Positions 56,880 to 64,000 of a stretch of 64,000 nucleotides of DNA are shown piece by piece. A program made the position numbers and the translations under genes. Source of the stretch: an uncultured Clostridia bacterium (GTDB taxonomy: Bacteria > Bacillota > Dehalobacteriia > UBA4068 > CALXSR01); the NCBI GenBank assembly GCA_944391215.1, contig CALXSR010000047.1, positions 18,535 to 82,534 of the forward strand, given 5' to 3'. The stretch's first letter is position 1, and every line of letters starts with the position of its first letter. The notes under the pieces were generated by a model. The model had not been told where the DNA came from, ran no database searches, and saw only the letters and a list, made by a program, of their open reading frames with translations.

Positions 56880-57965
56880 ATGTATCAAGAAAGAAGACAA
56901 GCTTTAAAAGAGGTATTAAAAGATTTTGGCTGCGACGCTTTTTTTAGCGTAAATCAGGCAAATAGTTATTATTTTACGGGTTATAGTGGAGATGGTGCCT
57001 ATTGTATTTTTGGAATCAATGGTGATTTATTGGTAACGGATGGCCGTTATATCGAACAAGCGCAAAAAGAATGCCCGGATATTCAAGTAGAATGTTGGGA
57101 CAGAAAAGCTGGGCAAACTTGGCCGGAACGGTTGGGCGCTTTTTGCCGTAAACAGCATATGACGAAAATTGCTTTTGAGGAAAAAGTTTTAACTTATCAA
57201 GTATATAATCGGCTGCAAGCAGCCAATGAGTTGATGCAATTGGTTCCTGGCGCCAGTTCCATGGCTATTATTTTGCGTAAGATCAAAGAAGAAGAGGAAT
57301 TGGATTGCCATAGAAAAGCGGCTCAAATTACCGATACTGCTTTTGCCCAATTTTTGCCAGATATTAAGATTGGGATGAGCGAAAAAGAATTAGCTGCTCG
57401 CTTAGAGTTTTTATTAAAAATGAATGGAGCGGATGGCTTGGCTTTTCCCAGTATTATAGCGAGTGGTCAAAATTCCTCTTTACCACATGCGATCCCTAGT
57501 GATAAAAAAGTGGAAAAAGGGGATTTTATTACTTTTGATTTTGGTGCTCGTTATCGTGGTTATTGCGCGGACATGACCAGAACCGTAAGCATTGGCGCGC
57601 CAACAGAAAAACAAAAAACTGTTTATGAAACAGTATTAAAAGCGCAAATAGCTGCTTTAAACCAGGTGAAAGCAGGAGCGGTGCAAGAAAATTTGCATTT
57701 GTTAGCTGATTATATTATTACAGAAGCAGGATTTGGCGGAACCTTTACGCACTCTTTGGGGCATGGGGTAGGGTTAAACATTCATGAAGAGCCCTATTTG
57801 CGACCCGGTGAAAAAAGTATCTTGCAACCGGGAATGGTAGTAACCATAGAACCAGGCATTTATATACCAGGTTGGGGCGGAGTGCGGATTGAAGATATGG
57901 TCGCTGTAACAGAGCAAGGTTGCGAAATATTTAGTAAAACCAGTAAGGAACTGATGATTTTATAA
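56880..57965 (+). CDS. Xaa-Pro aminopeptidase/dipeptidase, peptidase family M24B
   Basis: Creatinase-like N-terminal domain plus the M24 core (DFGARYRGYCADMTRT, HSLGHGVGLNIHE, EPG, RIED). ATG 56880 lies after the metK terminator. Confidence 0.88.
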   Translation: MYQERRQALKEVLKDFGCDAFFSVNQANSYYFTGYSGDGAYCIFGINGDLLVTDGRYIEQAQKECPDIQVECWDRKAGQTWPERLGAFCRKQHMTKIAFEEKVLTYQVYNRLQAANELMQLVPGASSMAIILRKIKEEEELDCHRKAAQITDTAFAQFLPDIKIGMSEKELAARLEFLLKMNGADGLAFPSIIASGQNSSLPHAIPSDKKVEKGDFITFDFGARYRGYCADMTRTVSIGAPTEKQKTVYETVLKAQIAALNQVKAGAVQENLHLLADYIITEAGFGGTFTHSLGHGVGLNIHEEPYLRPGEKSILQPGMVVTIEPGIYIPGWGGVRIEDMVAVTEQGCEIFSKTSKELMIL

Positions 57966-58049
57966 ATGAACTTTATGAATTAAAATAGAAAACCGCATAA
58001 AAACGGAAAGAAAAAGCCATCCTAAAATAAGAACTTGGAGGTGGCTTTT

Positions 58050-59729
58050 TTGCGTTTAGACCGTATCTATAAAATTGCTTTGTTTTTTGCCATATGTTTT
58101 ACCATACTGGCTGGTAGAATTTATTATTTACAGGGTGTTGCCAGTGAGGATTTAAAGGTTATGGCAGAAAACCAAAGAAGAAAAACAGTGAATATTGATC
58201 AATATCCACGTGGTGATTTTTTGGATCGCAATGGCAGAAGTTTAACAGGTAAAAACACGCCTTGTTTGGTTATTTTTCCCAATGTTTTAGCGGCTGAAAC
58301 CCAACAAACCGCAAGCATTTTGGCAGATATCATCCCCGTTGCGGAAACGGTAATAGATGCAAAATTGCAGGCCGGTATCGTACAAGGAAAAGCGCCTTAT
58401 ATTTTACAAACTCATTTGACTGAAGAACAGGTGGGAGCAATTCAATCTGCCAATTTGCCGGGTATTTTTGTTTTACCCTTAAATGCGCGCTATGATAATG
58501 CCAATAGTGCGGTACATTTATTGGGTTTTGTTGGTTCCATTGGACCGGAAGAGGAGGCAGCATATCAAGAACAAGGGCTTGCGCCGCCGGCTTCCGGCTT
58601 GGTAGGGAAATTTGGTTTAGAAAAAATATATGACTCATATTTACAAGGAAAACCCCATCATAAACTAGCTATGACTACAGACGAAAGAGGAAATCCTTTA
58701 TCTGGTTTTGGTTGGCAATACCTGCCAAGTTATGAGGAGGACCAAAGCCATAATGTAAAACTAACGATTGATGAAGATGTACAATTAATTACTGCCAGGG
58801 CCCTTGCCGACATGCAAGGAGCGGCCGTCGTTATGGAAGTGCAAACCGGAGATATTTTAGCGCTAGCCAGCTCTCCACGCTTTGATCCTTATATGAATCA
58901 GGAGCCGCCTACGAAGGATGCTTATATCAATAAAGCATTGGCATGTTATCCGCCTGCTTCTGTGTTTAAAATTGTATTATCGATTGCTGCTTTAGAGGAA
59001 AAGTTTCCTTTCCCAGAAGATTTTACTTGTATTGGTTATTATGCGCTAACGGATACGTATCATGTTTCTTGTTGGAATAAAAAAGGGCATGGCCCACAAA
59101 ATTTAGCCACCGCTTTGGCCAATTCCTGTAATCCTTATTTTGTGAATTTAGGTTTAAAAATGGGTGGCGATATGATTAAAAAATACGCCGCTCTTTTGGG
59201 GTTAACAGAGCAAAATATAATTGGCTATCCTTTCGTAGATAGTACGCATATTGCGTTTAATAGTAAAATTCCTGGGGCTGTGGCCAATGCCTCAATTGGC
59301 GAAAACGGGATTTCTCTTAGCCCGGTACAAATTGCAGGTTTACTTTCTATCGTAGCCAATGGAGGATATCGTGTACAACCTCGTTTGGTAAAGGATATCG
59401 AAAAACCGGATGGTACTGTGGTGGTGGCTTATCCGGCTGCAGCGCGGGAGCGGGTTATTCGTTCTGAAACGGCAAAAACCATACAACAATATTTAGTTGG
59501 AGCTGTGCAAAATGGTACGGCTAGCAATGCTGGCGGGGATTTATATGTGGGTGGAAAGACCGGAACAAGCGAAAATAAAGGCGTATGGTTTGCTGGTTTT
59601 GCCCCAGCTGATGAACCACGTTGGGCGATTGTGGTATATGTGAGCGACGGTACAGCCGGCGGCAAAGAAGGAGCGCAGGTTTTTAAAGAAATCAGCGAAA
59701 ATATGGCTAAGTTAGAAAATCTATTATAA
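58050..59729 (+). CDS. Class B penicillin-binding protein (transpeptidase, no PASTA domains)
   Basis: N-terminal TM helix, then SVFK, SCN and KTGT motifs. TTG 58050 follows GGAGGTGG. Confidence 0.85.
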   Translation: MRLDRIYKIALFFAICFTILAGRIYYLQGVASEDLKVMAENQRRKTVNIDQYPRGDFLDRNGRSLTGKNTPCLVIFPNVLAAETQQTASILADIIPVAETVIDAKLQAGIVQGKAPYILQTHLTEEQVGAIQSANLPGIFVLPLNARYDNANSAVHLLGFVGSIGPEEEAAYQEQGLAPPASGLVGKFGLEKIYDSYLQGKPHHKLAMTTDERGNPLSGFGWQYLPSYEEDQSHNVKLTIDEDVQLITARALADMQGAAVVMEVQTGDILALASSPRFDPYMNQEPPTKDAYINKALACYPPASVFKIVLSIAALEEKFPFPEDFTCIGYYALTDTYHVSCWNKKGHGPQNLATALANSCNPYFVNLGLKMGGDMIKKYAALLGLTEQNIIGYPFVDSTHIAFNSKIPGAVANASIGENGISLSPVQIAGLLSIVANGGYRVQPRLVKDIEKPDGTVVVAYPAAARERVIRSETAKTIQQYLVGAVQNGTASNAGGDLYVGGKTGTSENKGVWFAGFAPADEPRWAIVVYVSDGTAGGKEGAQVFKEISENMAKLENLL

Positions 59730-59743
59730 TAACAATGAGAGTG

Positions 59744-59773
59744 AGAAGAACTGCAGTATGCGGTTCTTTTTTT
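59744..59773 (+). terminator. Rho-independent terminator
   Basis: Stem AAGAACTGC / GCGGTTCTT (one G-U pair) followed by a T-run. Confidence 0.7.
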
Positions 59774-59838
59774 GTGGATTTTCTATTTGATTGTGGTATA
59801 ATAATAAAATAGCTTTTTAGGAAAATGGAGAGTATAAA

Positions 59839-60639
59839 ATGGCTTTTTATGATTATCATGTGCATAGCTGCTTTTCAGAAGATAGCAATGCGCCCATGGT
59901 TGATATGGTGCAGGCTGGTATTGAAAAAGGTTTGGCCGAAATGTGTTTTTGTGATCATGTCGATTTTGGCTATACGGATCCTGGGTTTGCCTTTCTTTGC
60001 GATGTGGAAAAACAACAAGAAGAAATTGCTTTTTGTCAGCAAAAGTATGATGGGCAAATTACAATTAAGAAGGGATTGGAGATAGGGCTGCAACCGCACG
60101 TTTTGCAACAATACGAGGATTTTTTACCACAATATGAATTTGATTTTATTTTAGCTTCTATGCATACGTGCCAGCAAAAGGATATTCATACGGGAGCCTA
60201 TTTTGCCGGTAAAACGGCAAAGGATGCCTATTGTGATTATTTTGATTCTTTTTTAACTTGCTTAAAACAATTTAAAAATTATAATTGTTTAGGGCATTTA
60301 GATATTTTAAAACGATACGGCAACCATATAAAAGAACCGGATTATGAAGTTTATCAAGAAGGCTTAGAGGCTGTTTTAAAGCAGGTAATTGTCGATGGCA
60401 AAGGGATCGAAGTCAATACGTCTGGTTTTCGGCATGGCAAAGGCGCCCCTTATCCTAGTTATGCGATTTTAAAAAGATACAAGGAGCTTGGCGGGGAAAT
60501 GATTACCACTGGTTCAGATGCGCATACACCACAGGATTTGGCCATTCATTTTTCTCAAACTTATGCTGCTTTAAAGGAAATAGGTTTTTGTTATGTATGT
60601 ACTTTCTTAAATAGAAAACCTTACATGCATAAAATATAA
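59839..60639 (+). CDS. hisJ: Histidinol-phosphatase, PHP family (HisJ/HisK type)
   Basis: YDYHVHSCFSEDS N-terminus, later HLD and GSDAH motifs, 266 aa. It sits at the head of the his genes. TGgTATAAT lies at 59794-59802 upstream. Confidence 0.8.
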   Translation: MAFYDYHVHSCFSEDSNAPMVDMVQAGIEKGLAEMCFCDHVDFGYTDPGFAFLCDVEKQQEEIAFCQQKYDGQITIKKGLEIGLQPHVLQQYEDFLPQYEFDFILASMHTCQQKDIHTGAYFAGKTAKDAYCDYFDSFLTCLKQFKNYNCLGHLDILKRYGNHIKEPDYEVYQEGLEAVLKQVIVDGKGIEVNTSGFRHGKGAPYPSYAILKRYKELGGEMITTGSDAHTPQDLAIHFSQTYAALKEIGFCYVCTFLNRKPYMHKI

Positions 60640-60674
60640 AGTTCTTATAAAAGTAAAAAGGAGTGTGTCAGTAG

Positions 60675-61835
60675 ATGAAATTAACCCAATTTATTCCGCC
60701 AGGCGTGGCTGATACGCATTGGGATTTATATGAGATGAAAGATGACTTAAACACTCGCATTTTACATCTTTTTAAGAGCTGGGGCTATAAACAAGTGGCA
60801 ACGCCGACTTTTGAATACTATGATGTGTTTTTGGCAGGCGATGCTATTTTGGACAAAAATAAGCTCTTTAAGTTCATCAATCGCAAAGGCGAAATTATGG
60901 TTTTGCGGCCCGATATTACGGTGCCGATTGCTAGAATGGTGAGCGCAGCGAAAAAAGATGTGCCGTATCTTAAGTTTTCTTATTCTGGCAACGTATTTCG
61001 AAATCAGCAGGAACAAGCGGGCTTTCGGCAAGAATTTGGACAGGTTGGCATTGAATTTTACGGCAGTACCAGCCCAGCCGCGGATGCTGAAGTGATTGCT
61101 TTGGCGATACAAAGTTTATTATTAAGCGGGATTCGCGATTTTAAAATTGTATTAGGTCAAGCGGAATATTTTAAAGGAATGCTAGCGGATATTCCAGTTC
61201 AGCATAGAGAACATATTGGTCATTTAGTGGAAGAAAAAAATTTTCCGGGTTTAGAAGAAGCCCTAAATGAACTACCGGTAAAAGAAGAAAGTAAAAAGGC
61301 TATTTTGTCCATTCCTTATTTGGTGGGGGAAGCACAAAGGGTAAAAGAATTGGCCCAACAGTTTGTTACCAACCAGCAAATGCAGGAGGCTTTGGATAAC
61401 TTAAATCAAGTTTGTACCGTTTTACAGGATTTTGGTTTTGGCCAATACATTGATGTGGATCTGGGTTTAATCAGTAATATGGAGTACTATACCGGCATCA
61501 TGTTTAAAGGTTATACCAGCGGATTTGGTAAAGAAGTGCTGGCTGGCGGAAGGTATGATAATTTATCTGCTTCTTATGGCAAAGCGATTCCCGCCAGTGG
61601 TTTTAGCCTAAACATTGATGAACTGGCTGATTTGTTATACCCCATGTTAAGAGCAAGTTATTTGGCGCATGGTACCGATTATTTGGTGCTATATGGGCAA
61701 AGGAAAAGTCGAAAAGAAGCCTTTGCAGAAAGCGAAGCGTTACGGCAAGCAGGTTTTGTGGTGGAATGCATGGAAGACACTGCGGAAAATCGTAAATATG
61801 CGCAGCTTTCCGGTATTAAAAATGTGGTAGAGTAA
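60675..61835 (+). CDS. hisZ: ATP phosphoribosyltransferase regulatory subunit
   Basis: HisRS paralogue lacking an anticodon-binding domain (LRPDITVPIAR, GGRYD), immediately upstream of a short-form hisG. Confidence 0.88.
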   Translation: MKLTQFIPPGVADTHWDLYEMKDDLNTRILHLFKSWGYKQVATPTFEYYDVFLAGDAILDKNKLFKFINRKGEIMVLRPDITVPIARMVSAAKKDVPYLKFSYSGNVFRNQQEQAGFRQEFGQVGIEFYGSTSPAADAEVIALAIQSLLLSGIRDFKIVLGQAEYFKGMLADIPVQHREHIGHLVEEKNFPGLEEALNELPVKEESKKAILSIPYLVGEAQRVKELAQQFVTNQQMQEALDNLNQVCTVLQDFGFGQYIDVDLGLISNMEYYTGIMFKGYTSGFGKEVLAGGRYDNLSASYGKAIPASGFSLNIDELADLLYPMLRASYLAHGTDYLVLYGQRKSRKEAFAESEALRQAGFVVECMEDTAENRKYAQLSGIKNVVE

Positions 61836-61845
61836 GGGGGATAAC

Positions 61846-62490
61846 ATGAGTACAATTACATTTGCTTTAGGCAAAGGTCGTTTAGCGGAAGAAACCTTCG
61901 CCTTGTTAGAAAAATTAGGTATTACTTTCCCCGAATACAGTACCAAAAGCCGGAAGTTGATTTTTCCTAGCGCTGATCATTCTGTAGAAGTGGTTTTAGT
62001 GAAGGCAACCGATGTTGATATTTATGTGGCCAATGGTGCTACCGATATGGGCGTTGTGGGAAAAGATACCTTAATGGAATCGCATGCCGATGTCTATGAA
62101 ATGATGGATTTGGGTTTTGGGAAATGTCGTTTTGCGGTAGCGATGCCAAAAGATAAAGAGTTAAATCCCAGTAAAAAATTAGTAGTAGCGACCAAATATC
62201 CTAATGTTGCTAAAGAATATTATTCAGCAAAAGGGATGTCTATTGAATTGATTAAGTTAAACGGTTCCGTAGAATTGGCCCCTATTGTTGGGATGAGCGA
62301 TGTTATTGTGGATATTGTGGAAACCGGTTCTACCTTAAAAGCTCATAATTTACATGTGGTGGAAGAAATTTGTCCGATAAGCGCCCGTTTAATTGTTAAT
62401 AAAGCCAGCTTAAGAACAAAGTCGCAAGAAATAAGTACTTTAATTGAGAAAATTCGAGGTGAAATTTGCGGATGCGGATACAACAAGTAA
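61846..62490 (+). CDS. hisG: ATP phosphoribosyltransferase, short form
   Basis: 214 aa with ALGKGRL N-terminus and DIVETGSTLKAHNL motif. It has no C-terminal regulatory domain. Confidence 0.93.
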   Translation: MSTITFALGKGRLAEETFALLEKLGITFPEYSTKSRKLIFPSADHSVEVVLVKATDVDIYVANGATDMGVVGKDTLMESHADVYEMMDLGFGKCRFAVAMPKDKELNPSKKLVVATKYPNVAKEYYSAKGMSIELIKLNGSVELAPIVGMSDVIVDIVETGSTLKAHNLHVVEEICPISARLIVNKASLRTKSQEISTLIEKIRGEICGCGYNK

Positions 62491-63761
62491 ATAAAACAAA
62501 TTGTCGACAATATATTGAGGAAATTTATCATCGGCAAGCCAATAGTTTTGCAGATATTGATAGAAAAGTAGCGGAAATTATTGCGCAGGTCCAGCAAGAT
62601 GGCGATAGCGCTTTATTTTCTTATACAGAATTATTTGATGGCGTAAAGCTTTCTGCTTTAAAAGTCGGCAAGACAGAAATAGAAGAAGCTGTAGCGCAAA
62701 CCGAACCAGAATTCCTAGCTGTTTTGCAGAAAGCTTATCAGAACATTAAAAGTTTCCATGAAAAACAAAAACAAAAAACTTGGTTAGACTGCGAACAGGA
62801 AGGCATTATTTTAGGGCAGAAAATGACTGCGATTGAACGGGTTGGCGTTTATGTGCCTGGGGGGAAAGCTGCTTATCCCTCTTCTGTTTTGATGAATGTT
62901 ATTCCAGCGCAAGTGGCCGGTGTGGAAAGCATTGCTTTGGTTTCTCCTCCCAATAAAGAAGGAAAGATGAATCCGCATATTTTAGCGGCTTGCTTTGTTT
63001 GCGGTATTACAGAAATTTATAAAATAGGTGGGGCGCAAGCAATTGCCGCTTTGGCTTATGGAACCAAAACGATTCCGGCTGTGTATAAAATTACTGGCCC
63101 TGGCAATATTTTTGTGGCTCGCGCAAAGGCCAAAGTCTTTGGGAAAGTGGCTATTGATATGATTGCTGGTCCGAGTGAAATTGCGATTGTTGCCGACGAT
63201 ACCGCCAACCCGCAATATGTAGCTGCTGATTTGTTATCACAGGCAGAGCATGATGAATTGGCTTCGGCGGTTCTTATTACCAATAGCATGCGTTTGGCGG
63301 AAACGGTTGCTGAAGAAACGCATCGTCAAATGCAAAAATTAAGTAGAACTGATATTATGGAAAAATCATTAGCCAATTACGGGATGATTTTTGTAGTAGA
63401 AAATTTGGAGGAAGCGGTTGCTGTAGCGAATGAATTTGCCAGCGAGCATTTAGAATTGATGGTGGCGAATCCTTTTGCCTATTTACCAAAAGTGAGAAAT
63501 GCTGGGGCAATTTTTTTAGGCGCGCATGCACCAGAACCGTTAGGAGATTATTTTGCCGGGCCGAATCACACCTTACCAACCAATGGTACAGCAAAGTTTT
63601 CTTCTCCGCTGAATGTAGATGATTTTATGAAAAAGACCAGTATTCTTTATTATGAAAGAGAAGCTTTGGAAAAAGTCAGCGAACAAATTATTGCTTTTGC
63701 TGAAAAAGAAGGGCTAACAGCACATGCCAATGCGATTGCTGTTCGTTTTCGGAAAGAATAG
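62466..63761 (+). CDS. hisD: Histidinol dehydrogenase
   Basis: Typical length with GGAQAIAALAYGT, AGPSE and SQAEHD motifs. Start is TTG 62466 or ATG 62472, overlapping the hisG end. Confidence 0.94.
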   Translation: MRMRIQQVNKTNCRQYIEEIYHRQANSFADIDRKVAEIIAQVQQDGDSALFSYTELFDGVKLSALKVGKTEIEEAVAQTEPEFLAVLQKAYQNIKSFHEKQKQKTWLDCEQEGIILGQKMTAIERVGVYVPGGKAAYPSSVLMNVIPAQVAGVESIALVSPPNKEGKMNPHILAACFVCGITEIYKIGGAQAIAALAYGTKTIPAVYKITGPGNIFVARAKAKVFGKVAIDMIAGPSEIAIVADDTANPQYVAADLLSQAEHDELASAVLITNSMRLAETVAEETHRQMQKLSRTDIMEKSLANYGMIFVVENLEEAVAVANEFASEHLELMVANPFAYLPKVRNAGAIFLGAHAPEPLGDYFAGPNHTLPTNGTAKFSSPLNVDDFMKKTSILYYEREALEKVSEQIIAFAEKEGLTAHANAIAVRFRKE

Positions 63762-63775
63762 AGAGGATGGATGCT

Positions 63776-64000
63776 ATGCGAGAAAGTAATATTACCAGAA
63801 AGACCAAAGAAACTTCTGTTACAGTTCGTCTTCATTTAGACCAAACTGTTCCGGCTAATATTCAAAGCGGGATTGGCTTTTTTGATCATATGTTGGATTT
63901 ATTGGCAAAACATGGTAGGTTAGGTTTGGCTTTACAGTGTCAAGGCGATTTGCAAGTGGATAATCATCATAGCGTAGAAGATATTGGGATTGCTTTGGGG
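63776..64000 (+). CDS. hisB: Imidazoleglycerol-phosphate dehydratase (5' partial, runs off the window)
   Basis: ATG 63776 translates to MRESNITRKTKETSVTVRLHLD...GIGFFDHMLDLLAKHG...DNHHSVEDIGIALG, the IGPD signature. It is not in the ORF track because no stop lies in the window. Confidence 0.88.
   Translation, partial: MRESNITRKTKETSVTVRLHLDQTVPANIQSGIGFFDHMLDLLAKHGRLGLALQCQGDLQVDNHHSVEDIGIALG

Overview
No mobile element, CRISPR array, rRNA or tRNA gene was seen, and no stretch clearly encodes an undescribed multi-gene system. The window looks like ordinary core chromosome from an AT-rich, probably anaerobic member of the Bacillota (roughly 40% GC by eye, not computed). Species is not identifiable from the sequence alone. 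I call 63 CDS, and 61 are on the + strand.

Gene content in order:
- M19 dipeptidase, PHP phosphoesterase, guaB, an LCP-family protein, radC, dnaE and gdhA.
- A monocistronic DUF1858 CxxC redox protein, hslO (Hsp33), a HAD hydrolase, an orphan ORF, and a SafA-like LysM protein on the - strand.
- A seven-gene, translationally coupled hdrCBA-flxDCBA (Flx-Hdr type) operon, then lplA.
- A YlbF-like/Fur-family/TPR trio, an M20 amidohydrolase and a small membrane protein.
- A complete dcw cluster: mraZ-rsmH-ftsL-pbp-murE-mraY-murD-ftsW-murG-murC-murB-murA, then ftsQ and ftsZ.
- codY, then relA-dtd-MBL hydrolase, then hisS-aspS behind a T-box leader.
- A candidate 6S RNA, pyrF, and rqcH on the - strand.
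- yicC-mihF-like-remA-gmk-rpoZ-coaBC-metK, an M24 peptidase and a second class B PBP.
- The start of a his operon: PHP-type histidinol phosphatase, hisZ, hisG, hisD and partial hisB.

Several ORF-track starts were trimmed where an upstream terminator or a Shine-Dalgarno sequence argues for it. Many of the resulting starts are TTG or GTG.

The items most worth a second look:
- The Flx-Hdr operon, whose disulfide substrate is unknown outside sulfate reducers.
- The unannotated 6S-like RNA.
- An actinobacterial-type mIHF-like gene sitting next to remA.
- metK without an S-box leader.
- Several precise operator-like repeats and palindromes.
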